Assembly: GCA_023213395.1 (NCBI GenBank)
Contig: CM041465.1
Span: forward strand, 158,169,741 to 158,233,740
DNA from: Cycas panzhihuaensis
Taxonomy: Eukaryota > Plantae > Cycadophyta
Reading direction: 5' to 3'
DNA: 64,000 bases
Shown here: piece after piece, positions 51,101-63,202 of the stretch
How positions within the stretch are numbered: position 1 is the first letter of the stretch
Layout of the letters: each line of letters begins with the position of its first letter
Notes under the pieces: generated by a model
Databases searched by the model: none
What the model saw: only the letters and a program-made list of their open reading frames with translations
What the model was told of the DNA's origin: nothing
Translations under genes and position numbers: made by a program

Positions 51101-54100
51101 GGCGAAAGGAGCCATCCTTCTTCCTAACTAAGATAATTGGGGCTACATAAGGGCTTTTACTTGGTTGGATTATGCCCATGTCGAGGAGCTCGTTTGTGAG
51201 TTTATTAATTTCATTCTTTTAGAAGTATGAGTTATGGTAAGGTTGAAGGCTGATAGGGTCATGGTTAGATTGGAGGTCAACTGTATGATAGAAACCACAG
51301 TCAGGAGGGGTAGTGGCAGGCAGAGGGGTGAATACTTATTCATATTGGGTAATGACATCCCGGATGCATGGATGAATTTGTGGTGCGATTTAAATATTAT
51401 TAAGATGGACTATATACCCTAGGTGAGATTGAAGATGGCATTTCATACGTCCAAGAGAGACCATTTGTTTAGGGGGGATTATATTCCATAAATTTTGTGA
51501 TTTCGACCCATGTGGTCTTTTAAGGCAATGAATGGATTTATAGGCAAGTTGTTCGTGCTATAGGTCCCTAGTGTTTACAACCATTAAATCCCCAAAATAA
51601 CATCGGATCCTCCTATTGACAAGGCATAGAAATTTAACACCAAAAGGTATGAGCTAATTTGGACTTAGAGGTTTTTAATAACACCTGCACAATGGAGTTT
51701 CTGGTACCCTAGTAGAGAACATGTGAATCCAATTTTTGGTATAATATATAGGTTGAGTTGTCTAGCTATCGAAATATCAATGAAGTTAAGTGATACGCCA
51801 CCATTGATCAAGATATATATTGGAGTCTTACAGAGGATGCCTCTAACTCATAAGGGTTTAGGGCAGGAGGAGGTAGTGATAGTAGATATAGATACTTTGG
51901 GGTGGGGATCTGGTGTAGGTTCATCATGGGTTTCATCATCAGCCTCATGGTTAGAGTTAGAGTCAGAGGGATCATCAGGGGAGAGGGATGGGTCAATGGA
52001 GAAAACCATACGCTACACTTTGCAAAAGCGATCGTGTCCAGAAGTCCACTTTTCTGCACACTACATACAAAGGCCAACCTTTAGTCGGTGTTGTGCTTTA
52101 GCTTGAGAAATTTGGACTCTTTTGGTAAATGTGTCATCATTCTGGTGATCAGTAGATGGGTGGGTGGAATCATCTTGTCATGGCCGAGGACATGTGAAGT
52201 CGGCTTGAGGATGAGAGGCATCATCAAATTGAGGTCGAGGTCATTGGAAGTCTAACTGTCAAGTGCGTGAGGACCAAGAGTTATCCTGATGAATAGTTGA
52301 GGGTCTGTCTCCTACAAACTCAACTTCTACTACATAAGCCCACTCGAAAGCTTCCTTAGGGGAGTAGATTACTATTGTCTTTAATCTCATCTAAATACGG
52401 TCTTGGAGTCCTACTACAAAAATATCAACCACTATTTGTTTATCCAAGTTTTGGCTTTGTGGCATGCGATAAGGCTTGAAATTCATCTGTGTAAGCCTTA
52501 ATAGTTAAGGTCTACTTAAGTCGAGTGAGTTGTGTGAAGAAAGATTGACTCCATATATCTTCATATTATTTAAAGAAACAACTAGTAAAGTGGGATCATA
52601 TTTGGTGAGAGGGATATTCTCACTTCCACTAATTAAACCAATGGTGAGCTTGACCATTTAAGTGAATGGAAGCATATAAGAGTTGGTCCTCTTTTAACAT
52701 CGAGTGAAGAGTGAAGTAGGATTCTAACTTGGTGAGAGGGATATTCTCACTTCCACTCTCTATTCACATCTGGATCAAAGGTAGGAATGCTGATTTTATG
52801 GTAGAAAAAGGGTTGTCTTAGCGGAGAACCTCCTATATTGCTTCCTTGAAAAGGGGGAGGTTGGTTTCCTATTGAGTTAGAAGTTCCTATGCTTTGGAGT
52901 TGAGGTGGAAACAACTACTGAAGCTGACTGAGAATCTCATGCCTAATGTCGTCTAGGTTAGATTTAGTAGGCATGCCATTAAGTCTATTGTTAATCTCTG
53001 TTTTGAAGTTAGATAAGTCACTGGTCAACTCAAAAATTTTCTTTGTTTGAGTTTTTGCCATTGGAGCTGAAGAAAGGGATTAAAGAAGTGGGAACAAGTA
53101 GAGAGAAGGGAAATAAACGAAGTGGGATAGAGCAAGAAAGAACGAGATATAAGAAGAGGGAGTTGTTATAGGGAGAGAAGGGGTGAATAAGGGGATATGG
53201 GATGTTTATATCCTATTAACCCCAAATTACATAAGAAAGATATTTGGCCCACTAGAAAGAGCACAAAAAACTCATCAAAATGGGGTGTATGAGTTTTAAG
53301 GTAAATTTGAAGTGGTGGGGCCCACTAGTGGCCCAGGTACAAAAAGAGTGAAAATTGGGGGCATACACTAACCTAGTGCAAAATGACCCTTACGATATGC
53401 TGATCAAATTGGGGTATATGAGTTATATTTTTTTTTTTTCCTCTTTGCACCGTGAGTAATGACTAAGTGAAGTTTTTTCTTTTTTTTCTTTTTCCTTTTT
53501 CTCTCTTTTTTTTTGGTCTTGGAAGCTTGACTATTCTAACAAGTTTTAAATTTAAGTAGTAAGTGGCTTGTGATCTTAATTAAGACTAGGGCAGGGAAAA
53601 CAAGGTAGGAATGATCAGATGTATCCTACCCACTGAAAGATGAGGTGTGCTTGGTCTTATAGGCCTACCAATAAACTTCGATGCGTGTTCGAGGCGTGTA
53701 ACCCGTGGCACTAACCACTAACCACTGCACTACAAGACTTTAGTGGCTGATAGTTTGCTTGTACTAGGGAGGGTTTTGGGATCCTAAAAGGGGTCCTCCT
53801 ATATACCTGAAGGTACATGGAGGCACACTTCTATAGCTAGGTTCTGTCCAGGGCTTGGTTCAAGAGTGTTATCTCTAGTCCTTCACGCAAGGGGCGAAAA
53901 AGCCATGATGTGATTAGCTAGAATGACAGATCCCTATGATATTTAAAGACCCCCAGTATAGGGTCTCTACCTAACTACTTGGGTAATCGCCCAATGGTAT
54001 TATCTACCCAGGAAGGAGAGGTGGGAGGGGAAACAAAGGGTAGTTACCTAGTGGTGTTATCTATCCTTGGAATATAACTCAATGTAGAAAAAGAAAACTA

Positions 54101-54684
54101 AAAACTGAATTGAAAGTAGAAGAAATAAATTACTTGCGTTACCTAAAGGAAGAAATTCCCATTCACTTCGCGACCTCTAATATATCCTTCTACCATTCCT
54201 TAATCTCCTTGGAGAGAGTAATAAGTGAAGGTATTTCCTCAATCTCTACCTAGGTAGAGAGAGTACTCAATCATATAGGAAAAAAAATTTTGCTTTTCTG
54301 GGTAACTTCCCAAGATTATGATGTAGCTCTGATATTACTTGGATTGTTCCTTCTTAGAAATCTAGACTTGCAGGTAAGAAAATTAGTAGAAAATGAAACC
54401 AAAGTAATGCAAGTACATAAACAAATCATAGATAGTGAATCACCAAAATGAGTGCTGAAGTACTTTCTCTTTCAAGATACTATATTTGACAACATTACAA
54501 GTGATTTAACCCTTTAAATACACAAGTAAGGGTCTTCAACCTTATGATTCTATTGGTGGCCCTAGTGGCCTTACATCTTATTGGAGGAGTTAGCGATCTA
54601 TACACACATCTTAATAACACCTTAATCCTTACTTGCTGGTGGCTCCCACTCACTAATGCTAAGGAAATGTGGGGTTATATTACA
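48184..54684 (-). mobile_element. G3: chromoviral Ty3/Gypsy element nested in the C4 leader
   Basis: 345-bp LTRs at 48184-48528 and 54340-54684. TSD GTTTT (48179-48183 / 54685-54689). PBS at 54326-54337, PPT at ~48531-48541. Confidence 0.95.
48540..53061 (-). pseudogene. G3 gag-pol with chromodomain
   Basis: RT (SFRLCIDYRELN, FSKLDL, VMPFGL), RNase H (YQKEMKAI, TDHRSL, NIVADALS), integrase (MDFIMGLP) and chromodomain HLVQWVDCDANEATWE at ~48598-48645. Confidence 0.93.
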
Positions 54685-56443
54685 GTTTTAGACCAGTTGT
54701 AGTCTAAAGAGTTCATGACTCTATTTTTGGCCAAAATGGCTTCATTTAGCCCCTATTTCAACCATGATTTATTTTCGTATGCTATGTTTTACTCTTGAAT
54801 GAAGATCTGATGATCTTGGTAGTCCTTTGAATCCCCTTAGCTACTATTCTAAGCAATGCCATGAAGATTTTAGTGAAGTTTAGACTAGTTTAGTGCATGG
54901 CTCCTCCATGCACCCCAATGGCTCATTATCGCTCTATTTTACCCCATTTGATGTCAATCCTCTTCTTAACAAGCACATCTACATCCTACACCCCTCATAG
55001 ATGTCAACCAGAGAAAACATTATTAAGAATAATTAAGGTTTAAGTAGTATTCACTTATCGCAGGTCGTCTAAGTCACACAATCTCTGTTGAACTCTATGT
55101 GGCTACTATGGAGATTAAAATCCCATTGTAATCTTTATCCTTTTTTTTTTAATATTTAAGCTTAATTAAAGTATATTAAATTTATGACTTAAATTTACCA
55201 AAAAGCACTATTTTTGATCACGTAGTAACTCATATGACTATATTTTTCATCATAAAAGGGGTAGATTTCAAAGAGATTAGATTATCTTTTATAATTTTTG
55301 CTTTGAGCAAAAGGATTAGGGTGTATTTTATAGAATTTTGAGTCTACCTAAATCCCTAGTAGACGAACCTATGGTCATGTATGTTGATTCTACAACTAGG
55401 GCCCAGTGAACAAAGGGGGCTTAAGCCATCCTCATTCATATTTTTTGCCATAAAGGGTACTTGACATTATTTTCATCATAACTTTTTAATGGAGAGCCAG
55501 ATTTGGGTACTATCTAAACCATTGGAAAGTTAATAGCTTGAATCCATTTTCATCTTGATTTTAGTATTTTTTTAGGAGTTTTAAGGTACTCAAGTTGGAC
55601 TATATATTTAAGCAATAATAAACCATATTTCACAAATTGAAGGCTTATATTCTATTTTGCATGATATATTTTGATATTGTATGGTGTTGGTATCTATTAA
55701 TAGGTAGTTATAATATATTTTTTTGAGTTAACAAGTGCTTATGGTTTGTTCATTATAGGAGTTCTTCTTGAAGGATTGAAGTGTATCTTTTTGGAGCAAG
55801 TCTATCAAAGAGCTCTCTAAACCTTACATTTCCTTTTAATTTCTTATATTTCTTTTTATTTTTTAGCTTCCTTTATGAAAAAGAACCTTGTTTGTAAGTA
55901 AGATCACATTAAAATCCATTTTAAACTTGAAAGATTAATAAAGATAATCCCTAATCTACAAGCAAACTATACCAGCCTTATAAGGGGAATGCTTAGGACC
56001 CCTAAAGTTACCACTCTTGATATATCTTTGGTATTTCTCTAATTTACTAAGAAAACCATTAGCTATAAGGTGTATTAAGTGGTAGGTTGAGGTAAGAAAC
56101 TTCCCTTTGGTGTTTGAAGACCAGGCTAGACCCAGAAGGGTTAAGTGCCTTGGTTGTAGTTCTCAGTTAGATCTGTCATTAAGAATAAGTTTGGCACAGG
56201 TGGATCAACAAATTAGAGTGGGTCTTTGACCTTCTTAGTAGCCCATGTACTAAGGTATATAGAGTCTTGAGCTCATGTACCAATATATAGGGTCCCTGGT
56301 TTGCCACTTATGGGCAAGTGCCACTAGACTAAATAGTAACCGAGAGCTTTCTTAGAGACCCACAAACTTAGAATTCTAGAATAGTAGCCCCTAGGTAGAT
56401 AGGATACAAGTATATAAAACTCAAAACTAAAGGACACTTATAA

Positions 56444-59400
56444 ATGACATCCCAAATGCTTATATCAAACATTATTAAACTCAATGGCCTAAATAATTTT
56501 GTAGCTTAGAAGAAACAAATGAAAAACCTCCCCATCATGAATGACTATTGGAGTTATATCAATGGTGATATCCCTTTAACTAGACCTACCCAAGATCCTA
56601 ATGATTCCAACATTGTCATTCCACCTAATCTGATTATCTTAGCCAACTGTAAAGCTAAGGGTAATATAGCTATATCTTTCCTCTACTTGGTAGTAGAAGA
56701 TCAAGTAGATTAGAATATAGAAAGGTATAAACCTCTCATAAAGTCTAAACCGTCTTATGAGAAGAAAGATGAGTCAAGATCTTTGATTCTTAGAGCACAC
56801 ATATTTGCTATCCCTTTTGCTAAAAATATTATTACTCACATAACTGAAGTCAAGATAATAAGAAATTAACTGATAATTTTTGGTGAACCTTCATCAGACC
56901 ATGACCTTGTATCCAACATTTTTAATATCCTTCCAATAAAATATAGTAGCTTTATATCTAAACTCCATGATAATTACACTAAAATGGACTTTATCACATT
57001 TGAAGGACTCTTGCTAAGAGAAGAAAACTTCCTCAACTACCTAGGAGTAACATCTACATCTGACTTAATCCCTCCATTTATAGCTTAAAATTTAGAGAGG
57101 GGTAAGACTACGCAATGACTAATTTAACAGCCAAGTCAGATATAAATTCTTACTCAATAACTAGACTCCTTAGACATCTCACTAGAGATAAGTGAATTGT
57201 AAACTTAGCAGTAATCATAACAAGCTGTCACTTTCTCCCATAAAGCTCAATAGTGTCAATAGCCCCAACAACCACCACAACCTTAATAAAAAATAAAATC
57301 AATAGAGTAGACTAAATGTCACCTGCTTATACTATGGAAAAAATGGCCATCTTGTCATTGAATATAGGAGAAGAAAAGTTGATCTTCAAATGTTATAAAA
57401 TTAAGGGGGACAAGCTTACAGACCTAGCTTCTAATAAGTGACCCTATTCTACCAACAAGGAGCACCCAATTACTAATAAGATAGAACTAGTTATCAACAA
57501 GGAGGACCCTATCCTCATTAAGAAACCCTTATCTACAACAAGGAGGCCCCATTCCTCAATAAGGAGCCCCTTATCTACAATCAAGAGGCCCCATTCTTCA
57601 ATAAGAAGCCCCTTACTTCCAACAATGAGACCCTATTTCTCAATAAGGAGGCCCTATTTATCCATAAGGAGGGTCATCGTACTAACAACCAGACCAAATC
57701 TATCAATAGAATTAGAATTAAAGATCAAATTAGAATCATTGTCAGTAGAACAGGGAGTAGTTCCCACTTAACCCCAATCCTCAATGAGGAGGTAATATGG
57801 CAGACACTTAAGACACCTCCTCTCAAAACTTGTTCTTTGTAGCATTGTTATCTTAACACGGTAACAACTCATGGCTACTTGACTTAGGTGCCACTTGCCA
57901 TATGATTGGCACAGAAGATATATTAGAAGAAACCTATCTAATTAACACACAAATAGTCATATTTAGAGATAAATTAACATATGATATGACTAAAACTAGA
58001 AGGGCCCTAATAGCTTTAAAAGACTCCAAAATAAGGCAACATATCAATAATGTATTCCTAGTTCTAGGTATGAAAATTAATCTACTTTCTATCATCCAAA
58101 TCGATAAGTAGAATCTAGATGTCCTCTTTAGTAAAGGCATCTGCACTATTACTAATAATATAAATGGATAACTAGTAGCAAAATGATATAAAGATAATAG
58201 ATTATATAAGATTAATGGTGTTCCCCTAGCTACTATTCCACTAATAGAATCATGTTCAATGGCTCAAAGTACCCAACTTGACAAGGGTAAGGATATTATG
58301 GTAGAGGACCAACCTCATGACTAAGAACCAGGTGAACGCTCTAATCTTAATGATACATCTACCTTAAACAATATCAGAGACCAACTATGATTTTAATGCC
58401 TTGGTCACCTAAATACACAAAGTTTAAATATCATATCTAGGCTTCATATGGTACATGGGCTTCCTAAGATCAAGAGAAATGGATGCATTTATGACGGATG
58501 CCTAGTGGGAAAACAGCAAAGAGAAAAGTTCCCATCCAAGAATACATGGAGAGCCTCTAAACCATTAGAGTTAGTTTGCTTAGATATTTGTGGGCCTATG
58601 TTAGTTTAATCTCTCAATGGTAGTATATTTTTCATGACCTTCATATATGATTATTCCAAGAAAGTGTGGGTATACTTCCTAAGAAATATATACTAGGCCC
58701 TTGACAAATTCAAGGAATTTAAAGTTGAAGTAGAAAATAAAAGTGGTATGACTATTAAGATCCTTAGATTTGACAATGGAGGGGAATATATATCAAATCA
58801 ATTCACCAATTTCTACAAACAACATGGTATCAAATGCTAATTCTCATCACCTTACATACCTTAATGAAATAGTGTAACTGAGAGAATGAACCAAACATTG
58901 ATGAATAAAGCTAAAGATATATTAAGTGGAGCCAACCTTGCTATAAGATTTTGGGTTGATGCCATCATGACTACTACCTATCTTATAAATAGGAGTCCTA
59001 CTATTTCTAATAGGAACATCACTCCCAAGGAGGGTTGGATAGGACTTAAACCAATAGTTGCATATTTGAAAACATTTAGATGCATGATATACAAACTTAT
59101 TCTAAAGGATAATAGAAAGAAGGTAAATGACAAGAGCCTCAAGTGCATATTCCTTAGTTATATACCTAGTTGCAAAGCCTGTAAGGTATTTAACATTATT
59201 AAAAATGAAGCCTACATCACTTAAGATGTTATTATTGTTAAAGATACTCAAGAATTAGATCCTTCAAAACTTTAATATGTAGCAGAAGATAATGTTTGTG
59301 TGCCCAAAGTGCCCTTTGCAACAATTCTGGAGTCACTAACAACTACATCCTCCTATACACTAGGTTCATCTTCAACCTTAGCAGCTTCAATGACTACATT

Positions 59401-61110
59401 AGATGCAAGCACCTCCATGCCACATATTTCAATTAAATGCCTTTAAGTGGAAGCCACCAATATTTAGCCACCTCTCAAGTGGGTTCAACCATTATTAAAG
59501 GATGTTCCTCCTCCTCCCATAGCTACTAAAAAGATGTCAAAGATGAGACACTCCACAAACTTTTCCCTAATGGCATATGTCTTAGAAACCCCTAAGCCTT
59601 CCATGTTTGAGGAGCAATCAAGGACCAAACATGAAAAGCAGCCATGGATAAAGAAATGAACTCCATCCTAAAAAATAAAACTTGGGAGTTGATAGAAATG
59701 CCACTTGGGAAAAATCTAATTTATTGTCACTAGCTATATAAAACCAAGTTTCATACTAATGGCACCGTTAAGTGTCATAAAGCTCATCTTATTGAAAAAT
59801 GTTTCAAATAGTAAGAGGAGATAGATTACAATGAGACTTTTGCACCGATAACCAACATGACCATATTTCATTTGGTGATGTCACTTGTAGCCTAATTCAA
59901 CTGACCAATCTATCAAAAGGATGTGAATAGTGCTTTCCTCAAGGGAGAGCTTATAGAAGAGGTTTTCTTAAAGAAACCTTCTAGCTATGTTGTTTTAGAT
60001 AAAGAACACTTAGTTGGTGAGTTGGAGAAAACCTTGTATAGACTGAAATAGGTACCATGTGTCTGGTATGCAAATATTGATGCCTTCTTCACTTAGCATG
60101 GATTCTTTTATTCACCCTTTGACTTAGATCTATATATTCAGGTTAGATGAAACTTGATCACCATCATTATACTTTGTGTAGATGATTTAGTAATCAAATG
60201 CAATGACATTGAAGGTATAGCTTGGCTATAATCTAAATTAAAAAGCAACTTTAAGATGATAAAGATCTTAGGTTGCTCTATTATTTCCTTAGAATTAAAG
60301 TTTGGTAGGAACTAGGCTACATATTCCTATCTTAATCAAAATATATTAATGAACTCTTATAATGATTTAGAATGATAGGTTGTAAGCCAATACCAATTCC
60401 TATAGAAATAGAAACTAAGCTAAACCTAGGAAAGTAAGGCAAACTATTTAGTCCCACTTTATACCAATAGTTAGTTGGGAGTCTCATCTACCTCACCCAT
60501 ACTTGCCTAGATATTTCTTATATAGTTGAGATATGTTCCAGGTATATGTTAAAACCCAAAGCATCTCACTAAAAAGTTGTAATTAGGATTTTCATATACA
60601 TTTATAGCACACATCAGTTTAGACTTTACTACAACCAAACTAACTCTCATATCTTGAAAGGACACATGAATGCTGACTGGGTAGATTGCTAAGATACACA
60701 CCACTCAACTTTAGGATACTATTTGACATGAAATCAATTGTAATCTCTCGAAGCTATAAGAAGTAGCCAAATGTTGCCCTTTTATCCGTTGAGGAAAAAT
60801 ATAAAGTAGTTGTTCACACCACTACAATGTTGATTTAACTTAGAAAGATTCTTGTAGAGCTTAGACTTTAACAAACAACACCTACCATTCTCTATTATAA
60901 TAACCAAAGTATATTGAAGATGATGAAGAATTCAGTTTTTCATGCTAAAACCAAGCACATAAAGATCCACCATCACTTCATCTATGAGCATGGTTAAAAC
61001 AAAGAAGTAGATATTGTTTACCGACCAACTAAGGACTAGGTTATAGATATCTTCACCAGAGCACTTGGTAAACTAAAGTTTGAATGATTTTAACATGACC
61101 TTAGCATCAG
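56444..61110 (+). pseudogene. C4 gag-pol
   Basis: MTSQMLISNIIKLNGLNNF gag start; decayed zinc knuckle at ~57320; WLLDLGATCHM protease at ~57872; integrase ORF 58886-59224; IDYNETFAP RT; HAKTKHIKIHHHF RNase H. Confidence 0.9.
57450..57675 (+). repeat. ~21-bp degenerate tandem repeat in the C4 gag C-terminus
   Basis: About ten units resembling caa(c/t)aaggaggcccc(t)tat, i.e. QQGGPY-like heptads. Confidence 0.8.
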
Positions 61111-63202
61111 ATATAATGAAGCTATTATTAAGGAAGGATGTTAAAACTTATAATGATCCTTTAATTATAATGTATTATATGTATATTTGTGTATCATGTA
61201 CTTAGGCAACCCGTCTTTGTAATTTTATCACATTGTATAGATGTGTTGGGTCTGCCACCCTTGTTGATATGTTAGCCAATAACATTGCTATAAAATACTC
61301 ATGGTATGCTTATAAATTAAGCTTCACACAATTCATTTGTACATGGAAAGTTTATTGATGCAGAAGCTCTATCAGAATAGAGCTGCACGATATAACTAAT
61401 TTGCCTGTAGCCATTTACTCAGTATATTATTCTTATTCTAATCTTATTTATGATGTTTTATTTGCTTTATTTAGTTTTGTTATTAAATGCATGTAGATAT
61501 TACATTCTAAAGATAATCTCACATATATTTCTCTAAAGATTTATTAGAGCATATGTGTATATTACATATCCTTTAACCAACCTCACAAAAAAGGATGCTT
61601 TTGCATGGAAGCTAATAACAAATGATGCTTTCCAAGAATTTAATATGATAATAACATAATTCTTATCTTTTTAACCCCTAATTTCTCTCAACCATTCACC
61701 TTAGAGTGTGATCAGCATAAGAGATCTGTAAGTTAGGGAGTGACTTAAACCCATTTATGACAAGGAAATGATTATAATTATACATGCCATATACTAGTGA
61801 CAACAATACTTACTCAAAAATAGATTTGTATTCAAATAGACCATGGCAATCTTAAATATTTTCTCAGTTAAAAGATGTTATTAGATGAACAATAGAAGTG
61901 GGTAAGTAAACTTTAGATCTTCAATTTCAACATTTTATACAAGAAAGAAAAAGAGAACATTATCATAGATGTCCTATCTTAGATACTAAAAGATAAAAGA
62001 AAGGATGTATCTCTATAGGCAATCTCTATACGTATGCCAAGATGGACACAAGAGTTGGTCCAAGAGTATGATAATGACCACCCTTCTCAAAATTCACTAA
62101 AGGAAACCCAAGAATAAAATACCATAAAATATAAGCTACCAAGAACCTTAATTTTGTGGAAGGTAAAAATATTTATACTAATAACATCAACTTTGAAGAA
62201 AAAAATACTCAAGGAAGCCCACTCCATTTTGACTACTAGTCATATACCATAAATTATAGAACACATTATTTTAGAAGGGGATGAAAATAGATGTTTACAA
62301 ATTTGTTGTAGAATATGACTCTTTCCAAAGTAACAAAAGAAAAAATATAAAACGTCTTAGTCTACTCCAACCATTATATATACTATAACAAAAATGGGAA
62401 GAGATCTCAATGGACTTCATTACCAGATCACCAAAGCCAAAATATAAAGGTGTTATCTTTGTGGTTGTTGATAAGTTAACAAAACATATTCATTTCAAGG
62501 AAATACAATTAATAATAAAATCCATCCAAGTTGTAAAAATCTTCATGAAGAAAATATATTGCCTATACAAACTTCCTAAGGTAATAGGTAGTGATCATGA
62601 CCTAAAATTCTCTAGTTATTTCCATTAAGATTTATTCAAATTAACTAACATGAAATTATCCATGAGTACAACTTATCATCCCCTAGACATATGGCTAAAC
62701 AAAATTAGTAAACAAGTGTATAGAAGGATACCTATATAACTTTATATTAGATAAACAATACTTATGGCACAAATGGTTCCATCTCATCGAATGGTGGTAT
62801 AACACCACGTATTATAATTTGATAAATATGACCCATTCCAAGCACTCTAAATTTTTAAACTACCATATATCCTCACATGTACAAGAGTATCATGCATGTA
62901 ATCTATCAAAGAACAATAAGAATAGATAGAGAAAATAGTTTGAATACTAAAATATAACTTAAATACAACTAGGAATTAGATGAAGTAGCAAGTAGATTTG
63001 CATAAGATAAAAGGATATTTTCAATAGAAGATTAGGTTTTCTTAAGATCCCAATTGTATAAGCAATCCATTATAAGGAAGATGAGTAAGCAAAAACTAGA
63101 ACTATAATTTATTAGTTTATGTCAAATGAAAGATAAAGTGAGAGAAGTAACATATAGATTGGCACTACGATAGGGTAGTTGAATCCATAATGTCTTCCAT
63201 GT

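Larger units (their letters stand above)
47619..61523 (+). mobile_element. C4: Ty1/Copia element with ~2 kb leader, nested in G2
   Basis: LTRs at 47619-47989 and 61139-61523. TSD TATAT (47614-47618 / 61524-61528). PPT aaggaagga at 61130-61138; decayed PBS at 47990. Confidence 0.92.
44592..63202 (+). mobile_element. G2: Ty3/Gypsy element (5' LTR, gag-pol); 3' end lies beyond G4 and the window end
   Basis: Probable LTR at 44592-~45088 with decayed PBS at 45091. Protease IDSESMYNFI at ~46378, RT at 46900-47613. Coding resumes after C4 (VRSFLG..|..PLTNLTKKDAFAW). Integrase MDFITRSP at 62410; IHNVFHV ends at 63202. Confidence 0.85.

Noticed and set aside
57450-57675. Regularly spaced repeats as a possible CRISPR array
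   Set aside because: No unique spacers, degenerate units, inside a retrotransposon gag, and no cas genes.
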